A stretch of DNA of 64,000 bases, taken from Cyanophora paradoxa CCMP329 (lineage: Eukaryota; Plantae; Glaucophyta). This document shows positions 1 through 11,098 of the stretch, in pieces. The translations under genes and the position numbers were made by a program. Every line of letters begins with the position of its first letter. Position 1 is the first letter of the stretch. The stretch covers positions 1-64,000 of the forward strand of contig QPMI01000165.1 in the NCBI GenBank assembly GCA_004431415.1, read 5' to 3'. The notes beneath the pieces were generated by a model. It was not told the origin of the DNA. It saw only the letters and a list, made by a program, of their open reading frames with translations, and ran no database searches.

Positions 1-3000
1 CGCTTCCAATGTGACCATATCTTCGAACCTTGTGGGTAAAAGACTTTCTATTAAATCAGAGCAACCTTGAATATATTGATATCACCAGCAATCTCCCATT
101 TACCTATGGCACTGATAACTCAGCCCTCGTAATATATCATGGGGGCTCACCTGTTGCATTCTTTGGCAGCAATTTCCCCACTGTGCGAACCTTCCAGCAC
201 GAAATCAATAAAGCCCGCCCCATCCCACTGACAGCTGTCGTCGAATGGGATCCTGTTAAGTATTCGCAGAGCATCACAAGCAATATCACCCTCACTCGAC
301 CGCATTTAATTGATGTCATGGGGGTCGACCTTGTAAAGGAGTTTTATAGCGAGCGATTTACCAGAAATGAGCGAGATGTAGCCCAGGATCTCGAAATTTC
401 TGGTTTATCAATTGCTACCGCAGCAAACACGGCAGGGCTCGCCGTTCTAACAGGAGCTATCACCATCACTGATGCGATCATGTATTTATCCCGCGATTTG
501 GTGCCTTTGCTCGATCATCAGTTTAATCTCGGGCAATCTAACACTGATGCTGTTAAGAAATGGCTCAATGTGTATGCCTATGATGGGTGGTTTGATGACT
601 TGCACACGACCAATTTTTATAGCACGACCTCAAAAACAAGTAACATAATCTTGCCTTTCAATCACTCAGTCCGACCCAGTGATTTACCCACTGATGAGAG
701 AGCTCTGATCAGCTATAACGACTTTAACAGCAATCTTTCCGCTCAGTTCGCGAACTGAGACCTACACTGTCGAGGATACCCTCAGCAGCTCGCAAATGGG
801 TCTATGTCGCTTACGTAGGCAAACCTACATATACATTCACTTGGGATCAGTTGGGTGTCACAGGTTTGGAGAGTATACCCACTGTTCATTGGTGGATCAC
901 ACAACTTATTATAATCTATCACTAACAATAATGAATCTAATAAAGCATTTATCCAAAATGTCACCTCCACAGGGTTTCAGGTTCGTTGTCATTAACGAGA
1001 CATACAATTTACTTATCATCCGAAACAACTCATTGAGTTCCGAAGCTACTATTAGTTTCACTCTTAACATCAATTTATCACCCCTGAATTCGATAGCAAA
1101 CCCAGAGTGAAGGTTTACCGAGATTTACAAGGTAGCAATATCGTTCCCTTCTCACAGAATTTCGATCTTGGGGCGAATTCTTTGAGGTGGAACACAGTTT
1201 ATACTTTGAATGCAAACACCTGTAATATTGTGGTCGCAGGGTCATCGGCTACTATTGGAGATCTGACCGCCCCTTTCAAAAAGGAGTATCTTAAAGAGCT
1301 GTATATTACAAAGTCTGATTTACCAGATGCTATTTCGTTGGTGCTCTCCCCGACTCCCAGTATATCCTACCACAATGTGAAAGACACAAGTAATGTAGTG
1401 CAGAGTGGAAGCAAAGTATTCCAGGCATCCGAGATATCAGCAACAACATATAGATATCTTGCAGGGGTTCCAGCGAATTTTAATTTTACATTTGAGACAC
1501 CATTTGTCTCTCCTCCTACTATTGAAATAACTGACACGAATTTGTATGTGATCAATAATGGATCATCTACCTCTCTCAACAATGCGCCCCTTGGTTACTC
1601 TCCATTTGTCGCCACAAATATAACAACAACCGGCTTTACACTTGTCGGAAATGCAACAGTGACCTATGCTCTGTCAGGATATCCTGTTGGATTGTATTTT
1701 GCGAAGTTTAATCTTACTCCAATCCCACCTGTGTCCCTTTCTCCTCCCTTTACTATCAGTTGGAAGGCAACAGGAACTATTCCACGATTCGACCCCGAAG
1801 ATCGCTTGAAAATTAGGTATCCTCTCGATGTGACCGACCTCCATACTACGAGAATAAATGGGCAGAATTTCGTATTTAATGGAACCAATGCGACTCTGAT
1901 CAATAACAGTGTCACAAATAATTACTTTTTCGATTCTCGATATATTAATACTTGCAATATTGTCATACAAAACACGTTTGAAAATCGCAGTAAGACCTTA
2001 ACAGTCACCTTGCCCACTCACTCGAATGTCTCAGATGGATTTCACTATTATCTTTTCAATCGTAATTACACCTCATATATTCCATATCCTTCTGAGACTG
2101 TCAACATGAGCTATCCCAGAGTCACCCTAACATCGACCAATGCTGACTTCTTTGGATCCACGGACTTTATGACCTTCTTTGCTTCACATCCTCTACTGAT
2201 GGGCTCTTAGTTATTACACTTTCAGATATGATGCTGTTTGGACTCAGCTTGACAGCCACCCAAATACAGATGTAATCGAAGTGGGCGATAAGAAATATAT
2301 AAAAACCGCTTCCCCATGGGTGTGCACTGTCCGGCTCGATGACAGATACACTCCCAACCTAAATAACATTGGAATGCACTCGACTTGCAATATTTATGTG
2401 CAAGGTGCAATTTCGGCTACAAATATTTCGAGGGAGGAACTGTGATGCAGGGCATCGATTGCTATCGCGAAATGGATTCTTTGAGTCATTCAGTGGACAG
2501 CTCTACCGCCCTTTATCAGGGACACAGTGTATGATACCACATGCAATATTTGGGTGTGTCGATCTGTGAGCAATCCGCCTGTGACAAAGGAATTATATAA
2601 ATATCTGTCAGATACCTATGGTGCAATCTCAGGATCCTCCACAGGAAATCCAGCGACGGCTCCCATCGTGTTTGCAAATGCATACACAGCGCCGACATCA
2701 TTAGCAGGGTCGACAGAGCCGCCACCAAACGATCCCAATCCGAACCAGCCTAACCCAGATCCCGATTCAAAAGATCCCCCTACAACTAATCCAGATCCAA
2801 ACACGACACCTAATAATCCCTCAAATCCTACAAATCCAGTCGGATCGCCAGGAATGGATCCCGGGACGTTAGTGCTTCTAATTCTCTTGCCAATTCTCGG
2901 TGCTCTTGGACTTGTGCTTGCATACAAATTCCGAGCTCTATGTTGTGCTTGCATAGACAGAACCATTGCAGGAGCAGGTAATAAATACTCGGTGCCAGAA

Positions 3001-3228
3001 ATGAATGTGACCCAAACAGCCGAAGGAGATGTGGGCTTAGAGGTGAGGTCAGCCGAGGGCATGGTCTTAGTGTAGTGAGAACTGATCAACCACCAGCAAG
3101 TAGGCAGCACCCAAAAAATCGCGAGCAGAACGAATGCTGAATCAATAATAAAAGATAATGCAGACTTTATGGCGGAAATGGCACAGCGAGAAGGGAGAAT
3201 ATATGAACATGTTCCAAATGTTATGTAG
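1..3228 (+). pseudogene. Long fibre-like protein with C-terminal transmembrane helix; 5'-partial and frameshifted
   Basis: ORF pieces 30..758, 796..1110, 1107..2210 and 2527..3075 align to the intact 46687..50409 protein from SNIILPFNHS onward. The breaks are mostly 1-2 nt losses in homopolymers, so sequencing error is possible. Confidence 0.85.
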
Positions 3229-3265
3229 CGATCCTAATTTTTGTAGTATGCCATAATAGAGAATA

Positions 3266-4734
3266 ATGACGGAACCCATAGTAGAAACGACAGTAAAGAA
3301 TGCTGTATTGGATAATCAATTTTATATAACCCATGCCAATATACCCAGTGAATCCAATGACCTAATTGTTAATCTAAAAGGCTATGTGATGGAGCTATGG
3401 CTTCTAACCTATGGAATGACCTTTTCGGTTACGAGTTTGGTCACATCTATGACATTGCAAATGGGATCGGCTATGTGGATGCGATGGCAGGCACAGCCTT
3501 TCGAAATCTAAATTGCAACTGTGTGGGTGGGTGGATGTTTCAGATCTGTTCAAATGTCGATCCTACTATTGATCCCGCCACGATAACCTTTGATTGCAAT
3601 CTGTTTGCCCCCAAAACCATTTTCTCCATCACTTGCAATCTCGTTAATTCGGATGTGCCCATAGTAGCACCTGTAATAGGTGCATCAAATATGTATATCC
3701 AAAGAAACCCGGTCGTGCATACAGGTGCCGAATTTATATTGGCCGACAACACCCCAATTAGTCGACTCGAATTGCCCACGAATTTCACCTTTAATCTCGT
3801 GGATGAGTTCCCTAACAGTCAAAGTCTTATGTATTTCACCTCTGAAAATCGCCTTTCGGGTGCATTCTCACCCATTGAGCTGTCTATACCGAAGCAAAAG
3901 GTGAGCTATAAAGAGCTTACAGATGTGCCGGCGGGATTTAGTGGGAAGTGGAGTGATATCATTCAGAAGCCGACTTGGAGTAGTGTAGCATACACAGGAA
4001 ATTACTATGATTTAGTAGGAACTCCCGATTTCACAAGCTATATACCTCGTTGGATTGATCAAGGTGTAATTATATCAGAATCTACACTTCCTTTCAATGG
4101 GACATGGGATAGGTTATTTACTAAGCCGAATTTGCATGCTGTTGCCACAAGTGGTGACTACAACGATTTAACTAACACCCCTATTGCACCGACCTTGCAT
4201 GCTGTGGCTACAAGTGGAGACTACAATGATCTCATTAATACACCGAACCTACATGCTGTGGCTACAAGCGGGAACTATGACGATTTAATTAACACACCTA
4301 CTTCGCCACCTACTCACAATCACAGCATAGAGTTGCTCACGAATTTCGGTAATTATGTGAATCCAAATGCATATGTGCAACAAGGGACAGCGAATGTAGT
4401 TTTGGAAAATAGAATATACAATGCAGGAGAGACCTTTCAGTTATCGGGAACGGTCGTATTCTCTAACCCATTTTATAGTGATGCAGTGATTACTACCTCT
4501 ATCGAGAATAGCTACAACTCTGTAAATTGGGAAATGACCAACTGTGTGTATATCGGACCTGAGTATGTTAATAATGAGAGAGTAGGACTAAAAACTAAGT
4601 TTACATGGATCGTTAGATTCACAGCTTTCGCATCGACTAATTTCACAAATGTCACAGCAGCAAATCGCACCCTTAAACTCCATTGGATTGCTGTCGGACC
4701 TCTCCAAAACATAATATTCTCGCTTAATAAGTAA
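3266..4734 (+). CDS. Fibre protein with phage-like LHAVATSGDYNDL repeats and a lectin-like tip; one frameshift near 3391
   Basis: N-terminus matches 50448..52031 (atggagct here vs atgggagct there). Three LHAVATSGxYxDL repeats. Ends in LHWIAVG. Confidence 0.8.
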
Positions 4735-4748
4735 AGAACAATCAAAAG

Positions 4749-5501
4749 ATGTCAACTGTATTCACGCCTGTGTTTTCTTTGAGTGCAAGTGCTGTCCATA
4801 ATGTCCAACACACAGTCTATGATTTATCTCCGAGCCACCCTTCGACTGAGACAGCGAAAACCGATTCTTTTAATGACCAAAGCATACTCAGAGTCAAAGA
4901 ACTCAGAGCTGACAAGATTGATGGACTCGTTAAAGCTACTCAAATGATCGTATCGAATCGACCCGCAATCTCTTCGGGGCTGGTCACCAAAGAAAATCTA
5001 TATGAAGGTCAACAGGATTCCAAAACGGCTTTTAATCCGGCTGATAGGAATTCGGCGGCTTTCCAAGTTTACAGTGGCGGGGCATGGATTGGGACTGGCT
5101 TGGGGGTGAATGGGAATGCGACAGTTAGTGGGACAGGCTCATTTACTGGATTACTCACAGCAAATGGTGGTGTTAGTGGAACCACTGGGACTTTCTCAGG
5201 GCTCCTTACAGCGAATGGAGGGGTTACTGGAACCACTGGGACATTCAGTGGTAGTGTTAAAATGAACAGTCACCCAATGATGGGAAGGCGTGGAACCACA
5301 GCGCTTGGATCAGGGAGCACATTTATTAAATTTAACAGTTATACAACTGGTTTTACAAGGCTTGGGACATCAACGTTTGCTGATGGGCGTTTCACATGTC
5401 AGACAAAAGGAGTATACATTGTTCTGGGTTCTTCTTTATCAGCAAATATTTCGAGTGGCTTAGCACAGCTTCTTTATCAGCAAATATTTCGAGTGGCTTA
5501 G
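4749..5501 (+). CDS. Fibre-family protein (RVKELRAD/SGGAxIG N-terminal domain) with a disrupted C1q-like head
   Basis: Shares its N-terminal domain with 30391..31461 and paralogues; carries the GRFTCQTKGVY motif. A ~38-bp tandem duplication at 5432-5508 breaks the frame. Confidence 0.7.
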   Translation: MSTVFTPVFSLSASAVHNVQHTVYDLSPSHPSTETAKTDSFNDQSILRVKELRADKIDGLVKATQMIVSNRPAISSGLVTKENLYEGQQDSKTAFNPADRNSAAFQVYSGGAWIGTGLGVNGNATVSGTGSFTGLLTANGGVSGTTGTFSGLLTANGGVTGTTGTFSGSVKMNSHPMMGRRGTTALGSGSTFIKFNSYTTGFTRLGTSTFADGRFTCQTKGVYIVLGSSLSANISSGLAQLLYQQIFRVA

Positions 5502-5698
5502 CACAGCTACGGTGAGCCAATTTAGATATAACATAAATCCCGCTGGTAACTGGATTGGTATGGAGACAGGAGGAGTAGTAGAACTTTCTCCGGGAGATTA
5601 TGTAGAGCTCTGGATTCAGAATGCGTGGCAAGATGGTTGCGGGCTTTATATAGCTATGGTAACTGCCACTGATTAATTTTGTTTCCTTAGAATAAAGA

Positions 5699-5962
5699 AT
5701 GTCGAACGTATATGAAGTGATTTTATCGAATACAGAAAAGTTGGCAATGGAATATATTGCGTTCTCCCCTGCTGAATGGATTACAAATGTAGTGAAAAGT
5801 CGTGCAATGTCGGCAATGGATGACATTGTAGCCCAAGAGGTTCAATCGTGTATTGCCGCTGGAATTCCGATTCCACTCACAAAGGAGGCGATTGTAGAGC
5901 AAGCATTTAATCGGGGGACTGTTCGAAAGGCAAGCGAAATTCCTGTGAGTGCTCCTATGTAA
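5699..5962 (+). CDS. Small fibre-associated protein, 87 aa
   Basis: Homologous to 32528..32794, 54189..54452 and 60651..60917; always follows the C1q-like genes. Confidence 0.85.
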   Translation: MSNVYEVILSNTEKLAMEYIAFSPAEWITNVVKSRAMSAMDDIVAQEVQSCIAAGIPIPLTKEAIVEQAFNRGTVRKASEIPVSAPM

Positions 5963-6014
5963 AGAATTCGAATTCGAAGAATGAGAGATGGGTTTATTGT
6001 TATTTTTCATAGAT

Positions 6015-6057
6015 CATGCATAAGAAAGGCATGTATCTTGCATAGTGGGCGGGGCGC
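6015..6057. promoter_or_regulatory. Conserved 43-bp non-coding motif after the fibre cassette
   Basis: CATGCATAAGAAAGGCATGTATCTTGCATAGTGGGCGGGGCGC is identical at 54481-54523. Confidence 0.6.
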
Positions 6058-7189
6058 ACTTATCCCCTTCGTATCCACTTCGTATCCACTTCGTATCCAC
6101 TTCGTGTTCACTAAATTATATCGCACTGATTCAGTTTGCATTTTGCCCCCACCCTACACCCCACCCTATACTACAATCTCGTTATTTCTATACATATTTA
6201 CTATCTATTTAATTAGAGTTTGTACATTGAAATAAGTGAGGTGTATCGATAAGTAATACAGGGTGGGGAGGGTGGGGTTGGGTGGGGTCTTTTTTGCCCA
6301 AAAATATTTGACCCCCCAAAAATTTAAGGGATTCAAAAAAAAGCCCCACCTCACCCCACTTACCCCACCCTATCGAAGTACGCACGATATCATAGTAGGC
6401 TACATCGGGATTGCGCTCATATCACAGTGTATACAGTGGAGGTGGTGCCCTCTTTCTCACCCCACCCTATCGATCGCGATATATATAGCGATCGCGAAAT
6501 ATACAGCACATGATACTTGTTTTTAATACAGATCGCGCCGTTCTAATACGATCCGATTATATCGTATCACGTCGGTATCACGTCGGTATCACGTCGGTTC
6601 AATATCCTAATTATTAAATGGTTGGCTGATACCACTTTCACACCCCACCCTCACACCCCACCCGGTATTAATTTTAACATACATAATATATATAATTTAT
6701 ACATTAATCACATTGAAATCAATCATGAATATAGTAAGTAATACAGGGTGGGGTAAGTGGGGTTGGGTGGGGTCTTTTTTGACCAAGAATTTTTGAGGGG
6801 GAATTATTTTAGGGAATTCAAAAAAATGCCCCACCTCACCCCACCCGCCCCACCCTATCGAAGCTACGTAGGTGATACACATGACTATATGGGGCGCGTC
6901 CCAAGCAGCACATTGTAGTTGTTTTCAATACACATCGCGCATCGTAAACACATATCGACTATATCGCGATTACATATTTTATATACATAATTTACAAAGA
7001 TTCCACGATACTTTTATTATATTTAATAATTCATTTACGAACTACCGATAAAAAACATATCACATATCGATATACACTATGATAAAAATGCTAATATCTT
7101 TATATAACTTATAGTAACACACATATAAAAACAAATATTATTATCCTGAGCGGAACGCGAGGGATAATAATATTTGTTTTTATATGTGT
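6058..7189. repeat. Probable right TIR of element A (inner boundary approximate)
   Basis: Non-coding. Contains (TTCGTATCCAC)x3, (ATCACGTCGGT)x3, two GGTGGGG/CCCCACC modules (~6260-6372, ~6746-6857) and the terminal hairpin. Confidence 0.7.
7119..7189. repeat. Terminal hairpin of element A: 28-bp stem, 15-nt loop
   Basis: ACACATATAAAAACAAATATTATTATCC-TGAGCGGAACGCGAG-GGATAATAATATTTGTTTTTATATGTGT. Confidence 0.95.
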
Positions 7190-8422
7190 CACGGATCCCG
7201 AGAACATTATACAAAGTACGAACGGTAATATTCTCGATGCCGCGGACTTTGAGAGAGTCCCTCAGCTCCGCGCACTGTTTGTTATAGGGGCAAATAATCA
7301 AGCAATTCGATTTTTGGGAGGCGAAACAGTTAACTCCGAGGGTCGATTTTCCACTACCGGGCATGTCAGCAAGGACAAGCATACGATTGTGGAGCTCCGC
7401 AACCCGATTAAGGCACTCCGGATTAAATTCGTCCCTTAGCGAGAACCGGTTAATGAGTATGTCGGGATCCTGAAATTCGAGAGTTACACCCCGTGGTGGG
7501 CGGAGTGCATTCTCAGGGCATCTTTTCCCGGGAATATAGCTGAATTTGCCCATGTTCTCAAACGCATTTCGGTCGAACTCTTTCTTACTTGTCCATGAAC
7601 CTTCAATATATAGGCAATCCGTTCTGATCCCGGCAACCTTGTGCCCGCGCGCTGTCAGGCGCTTGTATTGCGCAAACATATTAGCGCGGTTGCGATCGTA
7701 AATATGAAAGTGGATCGGGAGGAATCCGTTAACGAGCTCGCGGTGAGAGCTGATCTTTACGAAATAGATGTGACCTTCGAATTCGCTGAGAGCTTTGACA
7801 CGTTTCGAATTCTTTGGATTGAAAGTAAACACCTCTACTGTTCCTCCGCATTCTTGGGCGAACCTCTCAGCCTCGGCACGGTTGTAGAACATTTTCGTGG
7901 ATGTTTGCGAGTCTTGGAATTTGCCGAGCATTCCGATCTCTTTCACTAAAAGGTGCTTCTTGTCTGTGGTTTGAATGTCACTTGAAAGCACTTTCTTCAT
8001 CTCAGCGATCGACGTATTGGGCACCAAATGCGAAGGCTCCGCGACCGCGATAATCTCTATCTTGTCCTTTACGTCCGCCCAGTGCATGGCGAGAGTGTAG
8101 CCTGTCATGAAATTATAACAGCGACCACTCACGGAAAATGCGCGATCCAGAATGATTTCGACTCCATCAATCTTGCGAGACATGGCGGCATCATAATCAA
8201 TGTCCTCATCGTCGGCGAAAGTCGCTTGCTCTCTCTCAAACGCGACCACACGCACGTAGTAGATCGCGTATTCGAGAATATCGCTTCCCGCTTTAAAGGG
8301 AACGAAGTCATCGAATACATTGTACTTCGGAAGATATTGCATGCCTTTCAGTATCGAAGGGTAGCACTTCGCCATATCGACGGCTGTGTAGGTGGCTTTC
8401 GGGTTTGGCTTATAGAAATAGC
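7190..8422 (-). pseudogene. Middle part of element C PolB-helicase fusion (polymerase palm plus helicase Walker A)
   Basis: AVDMAKCYPS, KHLLVKEIGMLGK and GIRTDCLYI resemble PolB motifs A/B/C, followed by ADMPGSGKS and LIICPYNK (SF1-like motifs I/Ia). Bounded on both sides by element ends. Confidence 0.8.
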
Positions 8423-8428
8423 CGCTAA

Positions 8429-8499
8429 ACACATAAAGATAAACGTATTTTTAACCCTCGCGTTCCGCTCAGGTTAAAAATACGTTTATCTTTATGTGT
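8429..8499. repeat. Left terminal hairpin of B: 28-bp stem, 15-nt loop
   Basis: ACACATAAAGATAAACGTATTTTTAACC-CTCGCGTTCCGCTCA-GGTTAAAAATACGTTTATCTTTATGTGT. Confidence 0.97.
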
Positions 8500-9452
8500 G
8501 TTAATACATATTTTATATAACTTTAACATGATATTATACATATTTATATGTAATTATCGATGTGAAAATGATAAATTCGATATAACCACGATTAATTTTT
8601 ATGCAAATTCGATATAATCGCGATATATTTAATGTAAATCCGATATAATCCCGATTGCGTTTATTGTAAACAACTACAATTTACTGCGTGATTCATTTAA
8701 TGATAAGGTGGGGCGGTGGGGTCTGGTTGGGTCTGTTTTTCGAATTGCTATAATTGTCTTGGCGTTCTAAATTTTTCTGAAAAGTGACCCCACCACACCC
8801 CACCACCCCACCCTATCGATTAATTTATACTTCCACACTTAATTATATGGTAATTGCAATCTAATATATATCAATTTGAATAGTGGAAATGTTATGTGTT
8901 ATGGTAATGGTTGGGTGTATGGTGGTGTGTAATCTCTTACGTAATTCAGTGTGGGAATCTCTACGATATAGAAGCGGAAATTAACATGTAAATACCGTTA
9001 GATCTGTACAGGTTGGGTGTAAATACCGTTAGATCTGTTCAGGTTGGGTGTAATCTCTCTGGTATTAGAGTGTTAATACTAACATATCATATATTTATCG
9101 ATGCGGTGGGGCGGTGGGGTCTGGTGGGGCATGTTTTTGAAATTAATTATTTTTGGGGATCCGCTCAAAATTTTCTTGAAATTTGACCCCACCACACCCC
9201 ACCCTCCCACCCTATCGATTAATTCATACATCCACCACTTATTTATATGTTAATTTCAATCTAATATATAGCAAAAATAAAGGTGGTGATGTTATAGATT
9301 ATAGTAACGGTGGGGTGTAGGGTGGGGTGTCATTTCTTACTGATTCACGTAAGATTAACATGGAAATCGCGCTACTATATGCTTCTCCGCTTTCTCCAAC
9401 CCGCTAAACATACACGTTATCCTCTCATCTATCATTTGCGTTATTACTGATG
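8429..9452. repeat. Left TIR of element B (1024 bp)
   Basis: Reverse complement of 36148-37169. I saw only 2 substitutions and 2 single-base homopolymer indels. Confidence 0.95.
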
Positions 9453-9564
9453 ATCGTGGGAAAATTTGAAAGTCCCGTGAGCAACCGAAAATGATTTAAG
9501 GAAAACGCGATACATTGGGGTAAGAAGGAAAACATTTTCTCTGTCGAAGATAAGTAAGGATCAA

Positions 9565-10179
9565 ATGGCGGTTACTATTAATACTGATCAGATGGCGTAC
9601 CTCTTCAATGGTAAACGTATCTTTGAATATCCTCTTTCCGATCTATCTTTCAACGTTGCCGAATTGTTTGATATCATCTTCTCACTTGATAATGACCGTA
9701 TGCTATTTTCCTTTATTAATACATTCTTTGCTCCGAAAGATATCCAATCGATCGGTTTCTTTATTGAAGAACCGCATAAGATTGTCATCCGTTCTACCGC
9801 TGGTTTCTCGTACGTAAAAATCCATGATTTTTCAATTAAGTATAGCATTGTTGACATCGACACAGAAGATGAAGGAGGATACCAACCTGTTGTGGATTTC
9901 TGGCATCTGTATAGATGCACTCCGTTTACTCTTATCGATGTTATCAGAACAATTAAGCGTGTTCAATCATTTAACCTTCTCTATTTCAAGGTTGATCGCA
10001 ATATGTCCGTTTATTATAAGAAGTTTGAAGAGCATGGATTGAAGATTACACGCCGTGTTACACTGCGGAAATTCTTGAAAGCCAACGGGGCTAAGTGGAG
10101 CCGCAATTGTAGAAGGTGGTATATTGAGGAAAACAACCAACTCATCGCTGATATCTTTTCAATCGCTCCCCAACGCTAA
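9565..10179 (+). CDS. Hypothetical protein with a DUF5710-like C-terminal motif
   Basis: 204-aa ORF; LKANGAKWSRNCRRWYI resembles the GAxW...WY motif. Confidence 0.6.
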   Translation: MAVTINTDQMAYLFNGKRIFEYPLSDLSFNVAELFDIIFSLDNDRMLFSFINTFFAPKDIQSIGFFIEEPHKIVIRSTAGFSYVKIHDFSIKYSIVDIDTEDEGGYQPVVDFWHLYRCTPFTLIDVIRTIKRVQSFNLLYFKVDRNMSVYYKKFEEHGLKITRRVTLRKFLKANGAKWSRNCRRWYIEENNQLIADIFSIAPQR

Positions 10180-11070
10180 AACCTCCAACTGAAACGAATT
10201 ATCTATACCGTTCATATCTACAAGATCACCATAATAATCACGAAACTCTACTGTTAACTCTTTAATCACCAAATTACGATCGTTTATTTTTACATACTCG
10301 CTCACTTCTCCGGTGTGATAGATGTATTTCCCGATGTCCTGACTCAATTGCAATCGCATTATTGCGCCTTGATTCTGCGGTTGTGATTTCGGTACTATGT
10401 TATGGTTTGATGCAAATGGTGCGAGTTCTTTGATGTGCATGTATAAATACTGTTCAGCGTTCATATCCGCCATCTTTGGACTAACTGCTTTAAACGACAA
10501 TGCTAACGGATCTGCGCCTTCAAATGTAATCCCCCACTGTGGGTGATCTGGTGTTATTGGTATTCTTTCATATGATAAGAAATTTTCCGGTGCAAACCGT
10601 GACCTGTTTCCTTCTATTAAGTTTTGTGCGCTTACTAATAGTTCTGTGGAGCTGAGACCAAGTAATTTTGCGATCCTGTTGTTTGCCGGAATAAGTTCAA
10701 AAGGGAAATTACAATAAAACTCCAACTTGTATGTTGTTGGGTTGTAATAAATTTTAAAGTACACTGTTTCGGTTGCGTTTGTTTCATAGTTCAACCCATA
10801 GTTATAAGGATAAGTAACCCCGAAATGCCCTTGATTTATGTAACCACTTGGTAATGGAAATAGATGCTGATTAATATCAACGCCATTGACTTTGTAACTT
10901 ATGACAATATAATCGGTTCCAATCGAATTATAAATGCTGTTGGGAATCTCTGCATATAAAACTCGACATTCTCGTGGTCTGGTTATTGGTGTGGTGAGTG
11001 CAACCTTATAAGAGTTTTCTTTTTGTCCAAACTGTCGATCTCTACTATCGACATTTACAAGCCGAATCAT
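10159..11070 (-). CDS. Minor capsid (penton-like) protein 1
   Basis: Likely start MIRLVNVDSRDR. VLYAEIPNS and ELTVEFRDYYGDLVDMNGIDNSFQLEV match PLV/NCLDV minor capsid motifs. Homologue at 44298..45143. Confidence 0.8.
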   Translation of the reverse strand: MIRLVNVDSRDRQFGQKENSYKVALTTPITRPRECRVLYAEIPNSIYNSIGTDYIVISYKVNGVDINQHLFPLPSGYINQGHFGVTYPYNYGLNYETNATETVYFKIYYNPTTYKLEFYCNFPFELIPANNRIAKLLGLSSTELLVSAQNLIEGNRSRFAPENFLSYERIPITPDHPQWGITFEGADPLALSFKAVSPKMADMNAEQYLYMHIKELAPFASNHNIVPKSQPQNQGAIMRLQLSQDIGKYIYHTGEVSEYVKINDRNLVIKELTVEFRDYYGDLVDMNGIDNSFQLEVLALGSD

Positions 11071-11098
11071 TTTATTATATGAATATAGATTAAAGAAA

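Larger units (their letters stand above)
1..7189 (+). mobile_element. Element A: right part of an endogenous Polinton-like virus, inserted in the PolB-helicase gene of element C; left part lies outside the window
   Basis: Fibre genes nearly identical to 47890-50900. Non-coding terminal region with the same GGTGGGG modules as element B. Ends in a 71-nt hairpin at 7119-7189, exactly where the coding sequence of the 7077..8432 ORF breaks off. Confidence 0.88.

Noticed and set aside
760-3400. Programmed frameshifting in element A fibre genes
   Set aside because: Many 1-2 nt losses in homopolymers relative to the intact C copy; sequencing error or decay is simpler.
5981-7189. ORFs 5981..6235, 6263..6526, 6697..6882 and the last ~37 codons of 7077..8432
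   Set aside because: Chance frames or read-through in terminal repeat DNA. The same applies to 18867..19052, 36981..37244 and 57676..57867.
8429-8499. Protelomerase target or rho-independent terminator
   Set aside because: No protelomerase or tyrosine recombinase gene is recognisable in B, the palindrome is interrupted by a 15-nt loop, and its position is strictly terminal.
8700-9330. Telomeric repeats in the G-rich tracts
   Set aside because: Not a regular tandem array; arranged as inverted modules inside TIRs and internally.
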